Shown piece by piece: positions 17,432-27,518 of a stretch of DNA of 64,000 nucleotides. Position numbers and translations under genes: made by a program. The stretch is from an uncultured Clostridium sp. GTDB taxonomy: Bacteria > Bacillota > Clostridia > Christensenellales > CAG-138. Positions within the stretch are counted from its first letter, which is position 1. Each line of letters begins with the position of its first letter. The notes beneath the pieces were generated by a model, which made no database searches, was not told where the DNA came from, and worked only from the letters and a program-made list of their open reading frames with translations. Location of the stretch: contig UQNF01000001.1 in the NCBI GenBank assembly GCA_900542285.1, forward strand, positions 8,663 through 72,662. Direction: 5' to 3'.

Positions 17432-18529
17432 TCAGTTTATAAACATTGCATAGTAATAGAAAGCAATGTAGCATACGATCATCAACAGCTTCACGAGCTG
17501 AGAAGATTCGCGTGAAAAGATGTTTTCAGTTTCCCACGGCAGCAGGATACAGTTTGAATATAGGCTTACATATATCGGAAGCCTTCCAACGAATATGCCG
17601 GATGTTACCATCGACACCAGATAAATGCCTGATGTTATCAGCGAAGCATTCGTAGCCATTGTGATTACGGGATCGTCATCCGTTTTGATACGTTTTCTGC
17701 CGATAAATGCCAAAATCGCAGGCACCGAATACACAAGAACGCGGAACACATTCGTTCCGTCGTCATTAAACGACTCCCAGTCGCTTACAACGTTCTCGTA
17801 TTGCGTTTCCGAAAGAGCATTATCAAGAATGTCGGTAAATCGGTCAACAAAGACAACCGCAGCAAGGCTTGCAGCAATAAAAAGCAGTGTCTTAATATTC
17901 CATGCTTTTCCCTGAAGTATGAAACCGATAGGTATCATTAACAGAGCGGTTTGATGAAACAGCGATGCAAACAGCACCAGTAGGATGTACTGAATGTTCT
18001 TCCTTTCAAGCAGCCATTTGGTTCCGGCAAAGACTATTACGACCGCAACAAACTGGCGTATGCCATTGTTCATCCAACTCAAATAGTCGGTTGCTGCAAC
18101 GAAAAGGAATATTGAAAGCCAATAATCCGACGAGTATTTTCTAAGAACAAGCGCAAGAATGACGCCCTGGATCGCCGCGATGATGAATAGATAAACGCGA
18201 TAATCCTTTGAGATGAATATTCTTATGAGCGCTGCGAACGTATAATATCCCTTGTCATTTTTGAGAGTTCCCACATATGCTGAAAGTTCTGCAAGCGTAT
18301 CAGGCATTCGGTTGAACGCGTTAACATATGTGCCTGTATCCCCAATGTACAGACTTCTGTATGTTGCCCAGAGGATAAGAGGGATCATCAATAGGAGAGC
18401 AGAAGATTTGCTCCAACGCTTTTGCGGCTCTCCAAGCACTTGGACTGTTTGCTTTTTGGAAACAGCTTTGATAACGTATCCTCCAACAAGAACCCATATC
18501 AGCTGCATCATGCTCTCGTTGATCGCCAT
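17432..18529 (-). CDS. EpsG-family polytopic membrane protein (putative polysaccharide polymerase)
   Basis: About 365 aa with about 10 hydrophobic segments. EpsG-like N-terminal region YRSLYIGDTGTYVNAF. Start chosen at ATG 18529, behind AAGGGAGGG. Confidence 0.6.
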   Translation of the reverse strand: MAINESMMQLIWVLVGGYVIKAVSKKQTVQVLGEPQKRWSKSSALLLMIPLILWATYRSLYIGDTGTYVNAFNRMPDTLAELSAYVGTLKNDKGYYTFAALIRIFISKDYRVYLFIIAAIQGVILALVLRKYSSDYWLSIFLFVAATDYLSWMNNGIRQFVAVVIVFAGTKWLLERKNIQYILLVLFASLFHQTALLMIPIGFILQGKAWNIKTLLFIAASLAAVVFVDRFTDILDNALSETQYENVVSDWESFNDDGTNVFRVLVYSVPAILAFIGRKRIKTDDDPVITMATNASLITSGIYLVSMVTSGIFVGRLPIYVSLYSNCILLPWETENIFSRESSQLVKLLMIVCYIAFYYYAMFIN

Positions 18530-18627
18530 TCCCTCCCTTCTCATGGCGTATTATTACCGGTTTATTTTATCACCCCGAAAATACATCGTCAAGGTAAAAG
18601 CAGACTTTTGATTGATGACAGTCCGTG

Positions 18628-20388
18628 TTACCAAACTTGCTGCCCGCAATCAGCGCTTGGATGCACCCCAAGAGCCGTAAGTGTAGCGTCAACAACGGCT
18701 CTCCTGTCAAATTCGGCCTCGGCTTTTGCGTATCCTGCCAGTCCCATATCCCGGCGCGCACTCCTATCAAGCTTCAAAAAACGAACCATTGCATCGAATA
18801 AGCTGTCACCGTCCTTAACTTTAACCAAGAGCCCCGTTACGCCGTCATCCACTGCTTCACGGCAACCGGGTATGTTTGTAGTTATCAGAGGACGGCCAAG
18901 AGCGGCAGCTTCAATAAGAACATTGCTCATTCCCTCGTGATAGCTTGGCAGTACGACACAGTCCGCTTTTTCGTAGAACGGTATGGGGTTTTGCTGAAAG
19001 CCATGGAACACCGCAATACCATTTTCCACAAGCTTATCAACAGCAGTTTTATATTCATCCTCAAAGAAGCCAACGAGATCGAGTACAAAGCTGTAACCTT
19101 CATCATACAGTTTTTGCGCAGCATAAAACAGTTCGTCAATACCTTTTTCACGCATTATCCTGCCCAGATAAAGAAAATGAGTCAAATCGTTATTCGGATA
19201 ATCCTTAACGCTGTATGCCTCGAGGTTCACTCCTGCGCCGTGAAGAATCACCTCTTTTTCGGGCGGAATTATACGAAGGTCAATGAATTTTTGCGCATTT
19301 GCAGTATTTTCAAAGAACACCTTTTCAACGCGCCTAAAGGCCGTTTTGTACAACATGGTAACAAGCCCGGCCATTGGCTGCTTTTGAAAAGCAGTCCCAA
19401 GGCCCTGTACGTTTGCGAAATAGCGCAGCTTAAGCTTTTTTGAAGCTATACCTGCATAAATATTAGGTTTTATCGAGTAGGTAATGACAATATCGGGTCT
19501 CTCGCTCTTGAGAATACGCTTATAAGTCTTTAGCAGCTTATAGTCATGAAAAGGGTTCTGTCCCCTGCGTTCAAGCTCGGTATTAATTGTCTTTATCCCA
19601 AGCGCAGCGATATCATCCTCATGCCCAACGAACGGAGTGACCACGACAACATCATGGGTCTTTTTCAACGCTTCCATAAGCTCTCGCCTGAAACGCCACA
19701 GCATATAGGAATGGTTTGTAATGATGACTGCCTTTTTTCGCGTTGCATTATCCCCCCTGCGCATGGCCCCTGTGCCTCCCTCAACGACCCCATCGCTCCT
19801 GACGACGGAAGCAAGGGTTCCAAAAAAGCATTTTACATCGAGTCCAATACTCATATTAGCGACATAATAACCATCGAGTTTTGCCTTTTCCGGTATTTCC
19901 AATTCATCACGGCCGTTTATCTGAGCCCAGCCCGTCAAGCCCGGCTTAACATCGTTAGCTCCGTACTTATCCCTTTCGGCAACTAAGTCGTCCTGATTCC
20001 AAAGCGCAGGCCGAGGTCCTATCACGGCCATATCGCCGATAAGGATATTAATTAGCTGCGGAAGCTCGTCCAATGATGTTTTGCGAAGAAATTTGCCAAG
20101 CTTTGTTATGTACTTTTCCGGATCCTGCATCATGTGAGTCGGGGTATCATGAGGTGTATCCAAGCGCATACTACGGAATTTGTAGAGCTTAAACAGCTTT
20201 TTATGTATGCCCACACGCTTCTGTGAAAAGAATACAGGAGCTGCTAAGCCGTCTTCTATCTTGATCGCAATAATTATAGCAACAAAAAGCGGCGAAAGAA
20301 GTATCAGCCCCAGAAAAGACATCAGCGTATCGAGAATGCTTTTTACTGTTTGATATATACGGTGACTATCCCGACGGTTGTTCGACAT
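18628..20388 (-). CDS. fusion protein: monotopic phosphoglycosyl transferase (bacterial sugar transferase) plus GT4 glycosyltransferase
   Basis: N-terminal part: re-entrant helix, KFRSM, catalytic DE in SLDELPQL, and GPRPAL. C-terminal part: a GT4 fold with EGMSNVLIEAAALGRP (E-x7-E). Start at ATG 20388, behind GGAGG. Confidence 0.8.
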   Translation of the reverse strand: MSNNRRDSHRIYQTVKSILDTLMSFLGLILLSPLFVAIIIAIKIEDGLAAPVFFSQKRVGIHKKLFKLYKFRSMRLDTPHDTPTHMMQDPEKYITKLGKFLRKTSLDELPQLINILIGDMAVIGPRPALWNQDDLVAERDKYGANDVKPGLTGWAQINGRDELEIPEKAKLDGYYVANMSIGLDVKCFFGTLASVVRSDGVVEGGTGAMRRGDNATRKKAVIITNHSYMLWRFRRELMEALKKTHDVVVVTPFVGHEDDIAALGIKTINTELERRGQNPFHDYKLLKTYKRILKSERPDIVITYSIKPNIYAGIASKKLKLRYFANVQGLGTAFQKQPMAGLVTMLYKTAFRRVEKVFFENTANAQKFIDLRIIPPEKEVILHGAGVNLEAYSVKDYPNNDLTHFLYLGRIMREKGIDELFYAAQKLYDEGYSFVLDLVGFFEDEYKTAVDKLVENGIAVFHGFQQNPIPFYEKADCVVLPSYHEGMSNVLIEAAALGRPLITTNIPGCREAVDDGVTGLLVKVKDGDSLFDAMVRFLKLDRSARRDMGLAGYAKAEAEFDRRAVVDATLTALGVHPSADCGQQVW

Positions 20389-20497
20389 ATTAACCTCCAA
20401 GTCAACTATGTCTATGATTATAGCATATCTAACATTTTTTGTACATAAAAACAGCATTCCGATCCAAATAGTTCGGAATGCTGTAGATATGCTGATA

Positions 20498-21952
20498 TTA
20501 TAGCGGCATGCCTTCTGTCATGTCCTCAACATAGATTGTGCGCACAGAATTGTCGGCTGCATCACCTGCAGCAGGCTGAGTATCAGGAATAACAACCGTC
20601 TTCTCTTCACGGTTGGCCTTGCGCTGTTCAAAGAACTTCTTTGCGACCTGTGGGAAGAGGGCATAGCTTAGCACATCCTCATCCTTCTCTGCCAAATCGC
20701 CAAGCTCTTCACGATATTTTTCCAGCTCAGGCTCAAGCAGATCGGCAGGGCGGCAGGTAATTACCGGGGTGTCGCCAATGGCTTTTCTGCGGACTTCCTC
20801 ATTAACCTCGCCGGGCAGACGGCCGTACTCACCGTGGAGCAAACCCTTGGATTCCTTGGTAAACATCTTGTAGCGTTCACCGGAAACCACATTAAGAACC
20901 GCCTGTGAACCTACAATCTGACTTGTTGGCGTAACAAGGGGCGGATAACCGAAGTCCTTTCGAACACGCGGTACTTCCTCGAGCACCTCATAATACTTAT
21001 CCGACGCATTCGCCTGTTTCAGCTGGGAAATAAGGTTGGAAAGCATTCCGCCCGGTACCTGATAGATAAGGGTGTTGGTGTCCACAGAAAGAACCTTAGG
21101 ATCAAGGAAACCATCTCTTTTAAGCCTGTCGGCTACGGGACGGAAGAGCTTTGCTGCTTCGCTGAGCTTGGTAAGATCAAGCCCGGTATCATATCCCGTA
21201 CCTTGGAGCGTTGCAACGAGACTCTCGGTCGCCGGCTGACTGGTGCCGTTGCCAAGGGGCGAAAGTGCGGTATCAACGATGTCAACGCCTGCATAGGCTG
21301 CCATGAGCAGCGTCATGTCGCCTGTGCCCGTGGTATTGTGGGTGTGCAGGTGGATAGGAACATCGACTTCGGCTTTCAGTTTCTTGACAAGATTGTATGC
21401 AGGGATCGGCAGAAGCAGGTTTGCCATATCCTTGATGCAGATCGAATCAGCACCCATCTGCACGAGCTCCTTTGCGAGCTTAACAAAGTAATCATCGTTA
21501 TGCACCGGGCTGATGGTGTAGCTGATAGCGGGTTCACAATGTCCGCCGTATTTCTTTGTAAACTTTATGGCAGACTCAAGGTTTCGAACATCGTTAAGGG
21601 CATCGAATATACGGATAACATCGATACCGTTCTCTATCGCCTTGCGGCAGAACTGCTCTACAACATCATCTGCATAATGCTTGTATCCGAGAATGTTCTG
21701 TCCGCGGAACAGCATCTGAAGTCTCGTGTGCGGTAGGTGCTTTTTAAGCGTGCGGAGCCTCTCCCAAGGGTCTTCATTAAGGAATCTCAGGCAGGAATCG
21801 AACGTTGCGCCGCCCCAGCATTCGAGCGACCAATAGCCCATGCTGTCGAGCAGCTCGCATGCGGGAAGCATCTCTTCAGTACGCATACGGGTTGCTGCCT
21901 GCGACTGATGAGCATCACGTAAAATCGTATCTGTAATAAATAATTTACCCAT
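20498..21952 (-). CDS. oadA: oxaloacetate decarboxylase alpha subunit, carboxyltransferase (5S/HMGL-like) without biotinyl domain
   Basis: ITDTILRDAHQSQAATRMRTEEM, then HLHTHNTTGTG. It is clustered with the beta, biotin-carrier and gamma subunits. Confidence 0.85.
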   Translation of the reverse strand: MGKLFITDTILRDAHQSQAATRMRTEEMLPACELLDSMGYWSLECWGGATFDSCLRFLNEDPWERLRTLKKHLPHTRLQMLFRGQNILGYKHYADDVVEQFCRKAIENGIDVIRIFDALNDVRNLESAIKFTKKYGGHCEPAISYTISPVHNDDYFVKLAKELVQMGADSICIKDMANLLLPIPAYNLVKKLKAEVDVPIHLHTHNTTGTGDMTLLMAAYAGVDIVDTALSPLGNGTSQPATESLVATLQGTGYDTGLDLTKLSEAAKLFRPVADRLKRDGFLDPKVLSVDTNTLIYQVPGGMLSNLISQLKQANASDKYYEVLEEVPRVRKDFGYPPLVTPTSQIVGSQAVLNVVSGERYKMFTKESKGLLHGEYGRLPGEVNEEVRRKAIGDTPVITCRPADLLEPELEKYREELGDLAEKDEDVLSYALFPQVAKKFFEQRKANREEKTVVIPDTQPAAGDAADNSVRTIYVEDMTEGMPL

Positions 21953-21983
21953 ATTTGCCTCCGATCATATCAAAATAGAGGAA

Positions 21984-23174
21984 TTAACCGCCAAACATAG
22001 AAAGGAATACACCGGCAGCGATCGCAGAACCGATAACGCCTGCAACATTCGGACCCATGGCGTGCATGAGCAGGAAATTGCCCGGATTCTCCTTCTGTCC
22101 AACGACCTGCGAAACCCTCGCTGCCATCGGAACCGCCGAAACGCCAGCTGAACCGATGAGAGGATTGATTTTACCGCCCGAGATCCAATTCATCAGCTTT
22201 GCGAACAGCACGCCGCCGCAGGTGCCGATGATGAATGCGCAGATACCCATTGCGAGAATTCCCAGGGTAGTCCAGTTAAGGGACGCCTCAGCGGTCGCTG
22301 TTGCGCCAACGCTGATGCCAAGGAAGATAGTGACGATATTGCACAGCTCATTCTGAGCGGTCTTGGATAGTCTGTCGGTCACGCCGCACTCCTTCATGAG
22401 ATTGCCAAGCATCAGCATACCTACGAGGGCTGCTGCGGAGGGAACGAGCAGAGCAACGAAAATGGTAACAACTATCGGGAATACTATTCGCTCAGTCTTG
22501 CTGACGGGTCGCAGCTGTTCCATTACGATGGAGCGTTCCTTGCGCGTTGTTAACAGCTTCATGAATGGGGGCTGAATAAACGGAACCAATGCCATATAGG
22601 AGTATGCGGCGATCGCAATTGGCCCCAGGTACTCCGGAGCGAGCTTCGCTGTCGTGAAAATCGCAGTCGGACCGTCTGCGCCACCGATAATGCCGATGGA
22701 AGCGGCGAGGCCGTCATCAAATCTGAAAATGAACTTTGCGCCAAGGAAGGCCACAAAGATACCGAGCTGAGCGGCAGCGCCGAGCAGCAGGCTCTTTGGA
22801 TTTGCGATCAATGGGCCGAAATCGGTCATAGCTCCAACGCCCAGGAAGATGAGCGATGGATATATGCCAAGTTTGACGCCAAGATATAGGTAGTCAATAA
22901 GCCCGCCCTGCGAAGCCAGCAGCGGCCAGTTGATATGTCCGCCTTCGAATATGAATGAGTGGTACATCCCAGAGTTCGGAATGTTGGTGAGCAGCATACC
23001 GAAAGCAATAGGGAGCAGCAAAAGCGGCTCAAACTTTTTTACTATTGCAAGGTAAAGCAGGAAACAGGCGATCAATATCATCACCACATACTTCCACGCT
23101 CCCTCCTGAGTGAAGAAGGCGTTGAAGCCCGTTCCTTCCCAGAAGGCTTTTAATGCATCAATGACAGCGCTCAT
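21984..23174 (-). CDS. oadB: sodium ion-translocating decarboxylase beta subunit
   Basis: 396-aa polytopic membrane protein of OadB/GcdB/MmdB type ([35 protein letters not shown]). Confidence 0.85.
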   Translation of the reverse strand: MSAVIDALKAFWEGTGFNAFFTQEGAWKYVVMILIACFLLYLAIVKKFEPLLLLPIAFGMLLTNIPNSGMYHSFIFEGGHINWPLLASQGGLIDYLYLGVKLGIYPSLIFLGVGAMTDFGPLIANPKSLLLGAAAQLGIFVAFLGAKFIFRFDDGLAASIGIIGGADGPTAIFTTAKLAPEYLGPIAIAAYSYMALVPFIQPPFMKLLTTRKERSIVMEQLRPVSKTERIVFPIVVTIFVALLVPSAAALVGMLMLGNLMKECGVTDRLSKTAQNELCNIVTIFLGISVGATATAEASLNWTTLGILAMGICAFIIGTCGGVLFAKLMNWISGGKINPLIGSAGVSAVPMAARVSQVVGQKENPGNFLLMHAMGPNVAGVIGSAIAAGVFLSMFGG

Positions 23175-23180
23175 AGGCTT

Positions 23181-23552
23181 TTATACATACGCAATAAGGA
23201 TCTCACCGGAGTTTACGCTTGCGCCCTTGTTGACGTTGACAGATACGACCTTACCGTCCGCAGGAGCCATGATCTCGTTCTCCATCTTCATTGCTTCCAG
23301 CACAACAAGTACCTGACCGCTTCTAAAGGTGTCACCGGGCTTAATATTTACCGAAAGGATCGTGCCGGGCATAGGAGAAGTGATGGTCTTCTCGCCGCCT
23401 GTGGGCTTAGCTGCCGGAGCTGGAGCAGGGGCAGGAGCAGCAGGTGCGGCAGGAGCAGAGGCGGGCTTAGCCGCAGCAGCGTTAGCAGAGCTGACCTCTT
23501 CAACCTCGACTTCATAACTTGAACCATTGACATTAACGATGAACTTTCGCAT
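23181..23552 (-). CDS. biotin carboxyl carrier subunit of the decarboxylase
   Basis: Ala/Pro linker AAAAKPASAPAAPAAPAPAPAPAAKP and biotinylation motif LEAMKMENEI. Confidence 0.85.
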   Translation of the reverse strand: MRKFIVNVNGSSYEVEVEEVSSANAAAAKPASAPAAPAAPAPAPAPAAKPTGGEKTITSPMPGTILSVNIKPGDTFRSGQVLVVLEAMKMENEIMAPADGKVVSVNVNKGASVNSGEILIAYV

Positions 23553-23638
23553 ATGAACCTCCTTAGATCCTATACATAATTGATATTGTTGCTATACTTA
23601 ACTCCGCACATGTTCCCATCTGCGGAGCCAAAAATCTA

Positions 23639-24052
23639 TCATGATAACTTTTTAATGGAAGTGATTCGGAATGAATCCGTACTCAAATCAGAAGCCTGTG
23701 CAATAGCGGCGGACATTGCGGCGATAACCTCACGCCTGTCATGCTGAGCGCAGCTAACGGAGCCAAGTCTCTTAATCGAGGTGATGCGGATATTATCCAT
23801 ACCTGTCATTTCACCGATAGCGGCAGAAATGGCGATAATAAGCTTCGAGCGTTCCTCTCTGCTGAGAGGAGCAGAAATAAATCCTTCCGAAGATGCGGAT
23901 GAATGCTTGTTTGCATTTGCCGTGGCATCTGATTTTTTCTTGCCGATAAACAGTGAACAGATGAGCGTCATCAGTTTAACGATAAGCACTATGCAGATAA
24001 GACCAATAAACACAATCAGCATACCGGTCAGCAGCACTATCAGCGGATTCAT
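23639..24052 (-). CDS. OadG-like gamma/delta subunit (single TM anchor)
   Basis: N-terminal TM segment MNPLIVLLTGMLIVFIGLICIVLIV. Two copies of an (I/V)IA..SAAI...(I/F)RITSIK(R/K)L module. First gene of the decarboxylase operon. Confidence 0.65.
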   Translation of the reverse strand: MNPLIVLLTGMLIVFIGLICIVLIVKLMTLICSLFIGKKKSDATANANKHSSASSEGFISAPLSREERSKLIIAISAAIGEMTGMDNIRITSIKRLGSVSCAQHDRREVIAAMSAAIAQASDLSTDSFRITSIKKLS

Positions 24053-24219
24053 ATTAACCCTTTCCCGATCAAATCCATGCTATGATCGAACAAAAATGTG
24101 CTAATTGAGAGAAAGCCCTCATTTCTTCCTTCCTCCCCACATTTGTTATTATTCCACGCTTTCCTTTATTCCCCTGCATCGCATTTTAATATATTTTAGC
24201 AAATAAGGATGTCGGAGAA

Positions 24220-24921
24220 TCATTTCATTAGGTCATCGACTTCGTCTTTGCTTAAAAAGCGCCATTGTCCCGGCTTCAATCCGGCTAATGTCAGGTTTCC
24301 GATGCTGATGCGGACAAGACGCAGTGTATCATGTCCGACCGCTGCCAGCATTCTCCTGACCTGTCGGTTCTTTCCCTCATGAATGGTCATGAGAAGCTCC
24401 GAATTGCCCTTTTCCGTCTCACGAACAAGTTTGACCCGCGCAGGCGCAGTCCTTCCGTCCTCAAGCATGACTCCGCCTGCAAGCTTATGGAGCTCGTCCT
24501 GGGTCACAATGCCAGAACACAGCACGCGATAGGTCTTGCTCGTTCCATATCTTGGATGCATCAAACGATTGGCTGCCTCGCCGTCATTGGTGACAAGTAT
24601 CAGGCCCTCGGAATCGAAATCAAGTCTCCCGACCGTATAGAGCCTGTATGGAAGCTCGGCAAAATAATCGGATACCTTTTTCCTGTCCTCGTCCTCAGCA
24701 TTGGAGCATATGACGTTCTTTGGTTTATAAAATGCTATCATGACTCTTTCTTCGCTCGGTCTGACCCGTTTGCCGTCAAAGGTCACTTCATCGCCTTCAC
24801 TTACGCTCATTCCGATCTCGGCAACAGCGCCGTTTATCTTAACTCTGCCCTCCAGAATAAACTCCTCACACCTTCTTCTTGAAGCTATGCCTGCATCGGC
24901 AAGATATTTTTGAAGTCGCAT
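24220..24921 (-). CDS. pseudouridine synthase, RsuA/RluB family (S4 domain plus catalytic domain)
   Basis: MRLQKYLADAGIASRRRCEEFILEGRVKING (S4 domain) and VGRLDFDSEGLILVTNDG (catalytic Asp motif). Confidence 0.85.
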   Translation of the reverse strand: MRLQKYLADAGIASRRRCEEFILEGRVKINGAVAEIGMSVSEGDEVTFDGKRVRPSEERVMIAFYKPKNVICSNAEDEDRKKVSDYFAELPYRLYTVGRLDFDSEGLILVTNDGEAANRLMHPRYGTSKTYRVLCSGIVTQDELHKLAGGVMLEDGRTAPARVKLVRETEKGNSELLMTIHEGKNRQVRRMLAAVGHDTLRLVRISIGNLTLAGLKPGQWRFLSKDEVDDLMK

Positions 24922-24971
24922 TGCTTGTCCTTCCTGTACTGTTCTTGATAAGCGGACATAAGCTGTCTCGG

Positions 24972-26168
24972 CTAATTCTGCATAGCCCTTAGCATAAGCC
25001 TGATATAGAACATGAAGTCCCTTGCGGCAACGGCTTCGGCTGCCGTCAGCGAAGTCTTGCCAATGAACTCATCACCGCAGTAAAACTCCGCGGTTCCAAG
25101 GGTCTCTCCCTTTAGTATCGGAGCCCTAACAATATCCGACGGAGAAACCCGAATCTCTATTTTCAGCTCGTCGCCCTTCTTAATAGGAATAATTATATCG
25201 CTTTTGGAAAGCAAAGCCAAGAGGCTTTTTTGCGCATTAGGCACATAGCAGCGTGCAAGCTCAGCTCCTTTTTCAACCACCCTGCACATTGAATAATTGC
25301 TGAACCCGTAGTTCATTAGCTCCTCCGCAGCTTCAAACATCGGTCGGCAGTTCATCACTGCGCCAACCAGCGTCATGCCGTCCCTTTCAGCCGCAAACAG
25401 CAGGCAGCGGCCTGCCGCCATTGTATAGCCGGTCTTTATTCCGATTGCTCCCTCATAATCCCACAGCAGTGCATTCTTATTTTTCATCGTTCGTGTTATA
25501 CTTCCGGTTGTCGAAGTGTGATACTGCGTTGACACTATCGTCCTGAAGTCGTCATTCTTAAGCGCCTCCGCCCCGATAAGCGCAAGCTCATACGCCGTAG
25601 TATAGTGGTCATTATTATGTAGGCCGTTTGGTGTAACAAAATGCGTGTCCTTTAGCCCCATCTCCTTTGCCTTATCATTCATCAGCTCGGCAAAGCCCTC
25701 AATGCTGCCGCCGACATGTATCGCAAGCGCAACTGCAGCATCGTTTCCCGAAAGCAGCATAAGGCCGTAAAGAAGATCCTCAACGGAGATCACCTCATCA
25801 TACTTTAGGTACATGCTTGAGCCCTCCGTTCCTACGGCTTCGGAAGGAACCGATACAAGTTCATCAAGCCTGCAGTGTTCAAGCACGATCAGCGCAGTCA
25901 TCGTCTTTGTGGTGCTTGCCATCGGAAGGCGGCTATTCTCGTTGCCGGACTTCAGTTTCTGACCGCTCGTCTGCTCAATAAGCGCATATGATGCCGCATA
26001 TGACAGGTATTTTCCCGTTCCGCTGCTGTCTTGAAGCGTATTCTCCGATAAAAAGTATCCATCCAAAGCAGTTTCTCCGTATGCGGATACTATCGGCTGC
26101 ACCATTGCAATAAGCAGCATAGTAGCCAGAAGTATAAGCAATACTTTTCTTAAAACCGAAGCATTCAT
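24972..26168 (-). CDS. D-alanyl-D-alanine carboxypeptidase (low-MW PBP, DacB/DacF-like)
   Basis: Signal peptide. SxxK (ASTTK), SxN (LSGND) and KTG (IKTGYT) motifs. Confidence 0.85.
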   Translation of the reverse strand: MNASVLRKVLLILLATMLLIAMVQPIVSAYGETALDGYFLSENTLQDSSGTGKYLSYAASYALIEQTSGQKLKSGNENSRLPMASTTKTMTALIVLEHCRLDELVSVPSEAVGTEGSSMYLKYDEVISVEDLLYGLMLLSGNDAAVALAIHVGGSIEGFAELMNDKAKEMGLKDTHFVTPNGLHNNDHYTTAYELALIGAEALKNDDFRTIVSTQYHTSTTGSITRTMKNKNALLWDYEGAIGIKTGYTMAAGRCLLFAAERDGMTLVGAVMNCRPMFEAAEELMNYGFSNYSMCRVVEKGAELARCYVPNAQKSLLALLSKSDIIIPIKKGDELKIEIRVSPSDIVRAPILKGETLGTAEFYCGDEFIGKTSLTAAEAVAARDFMFYIRLMLRAMQN

Positions 26169-26265
26169 TCCCGTGTTTCCTTTCTTGGCGTTCGAAAATG
26201 CAGTGAAAAAGCGCAGAGGCGAACAGAGTTCGCCTCAAGACAGATTCCACCTAACTCCTGCTCCA

Positions 26266-26805
26266 TCAGCAGCCGCCTGTATCCTCCTCGTCCTCATGGC
26301 AATAGCAGGGATCACATCCGCATTCTTCTTCGGAGGGCGTCTTCTTAGAGCCGTTATCGGAACTGCTGCACTCACACTTATGTTTTATGCAGTCGATACC
26401 CAGGTTCATGAGTCTTTCGAGAGATTTCAGCATTCTGGGCAGGATATCCATCAACCTGTCCCCGGTGCCGTCCTGCGCTGCAGGAAGAACCCTGACGTCA
26501 TCCTTCTCCACGGTCACAAATGAGAGAGGGGTCAGGCACATACCGACCGCTGCTGTTCCGGCAAAGGGGAAACGGTCGTCGCTATGGTCACCCTTGCTTT
26601 CGTTTGCAATGCAGGCTGCTTTTTTTGCCGTCGCCATTCTTCCATATTCCCCTCCTCCGACGACAAAACCGATGCATACCTTGGATACGGGAAGTATCAG
26701 CGTCTCATTGGCGGTCACGACGGGGTCACCTATGACGGTGCTCACATCCACCATCTTTTTTATCTGGTCAATGGAGCTGTCAATTATATTTTCAATAGGG
26801 TGCAT
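26266..26805 (-). CDS. ytfJ: sporulation protein YtfJ/GerW family with Cys/acidic C-terminal tail
   Basis: DSSIDQIKKMVDVSTVIGDPVVTANETLILPVSKVCIGFVVGGGEYG is the GerW/YtfJ core. An extra tail of about 45 aa reads ...CECSSSDNGSKKTPSEEECGCDPCYCHEDEEDTGGC. Confidence 0.75.
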   Translation of the reverse strand: MHPIENIIDSSIDQIKKMVDVSTVIGDPVVTANETLILPVSKVCIGFVVGGGEYGRMATAKKAACIANESKGDHSDDRFPFAGTAAVGMCLTPLSFVTVEKDDVRVLPAAQDGTGDRLMDILPRMLKSLERLMNLGIDCIKHKCECSSSDNGSKKTPSEEECGCDPCYCHEDEEDTGGC

Positions 26806-26806
26806 A

Positions 26807-27400
26807 TTATCTTCCTCCCTGTTTTTTATCGTATTTATATGAAAAGCTTAACGCTTCACTAAGAAGTTTTACCGGAATCAAACAAAAAATACCTTCCAGA
26901 TTAAGGCAAAAAACATTGTCTTCAAGGTTCGGGAAGATCGCGACAGCTGTCTTGAAATCCTCCCCGAGAAAGCAGCTTCCCAGCACCGAGACCGCATTAT
27001 TCAGCAGTATCCGGACAGCTCCGGCCATGAAAACGCACAAAGCAGGGTTATCCTTGCAGCCAAGCTCCCCCGAAAGTTCGATGCTCTTGGTATTGAGCGT
27101 TTTCTTAGCGGCATGAATAAATACCCTTCCAAGCCTTTTCCGTTTCTCGTTATTCGGCTCACCGCTGACCTTAACTATCTTCATGCCCTTTGGCGAGAAT
27201 AACCTGACGACTATTCCTCGTTTGGGTTCATAGCTGGTCAGCAGTCTGAGCCTTATCGGAAACGCTCCGGCTATCAGGAGCATGATATTGGTATTTATAT
27301 AGCTTTTCCGCAGCATCGTCGTTATCTCGATATGTATTGGGATAAGCAGCGGAAGCAGCAGCGCAAGCAGCAGTATGATTATCGGCAAAACCCAAAACAT
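26807..27400 (-). CDS. ytfI: DUF2953/YtfI-like sporulation membrane protein
   Basis: N-terminal TM segment MFWVLPIIILLLALLLPLLIPIHIEI. It is 1 nt from ytfJ, consistent with the conserved ytfI-ytfJ pairing. Confidence 0.6.
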   Translation of the reverse strand: MFWVLPIIILLLALLLPLLIPIHIEITTMLRKSYINTNIMLLIAGAFPIRLRLLTSYEPKRGIVVRLFSPKGMKIVKVSGEPNNEKRKRLGRVFIHAAKKTLNTKSIELSGELGCKDNPALCVFMAGAVRILLNNAVSVLGSCFLGEDFKTAVAIFPNLEDNVFCLNLEGIFCLIPVKLLSEALSFSYKYDKKQGGR

Positions 27401-27518
27401 GGCAAACCTCGTTTCAAATTAAGTTTGCCCGCAGGTATTGTGATTTATTCCCAAAGGTGGTATAATATTTGAGATTGATTGGAAATCCGGCAATTTTGCT
27501 AATTATTTGAGTTATGAT

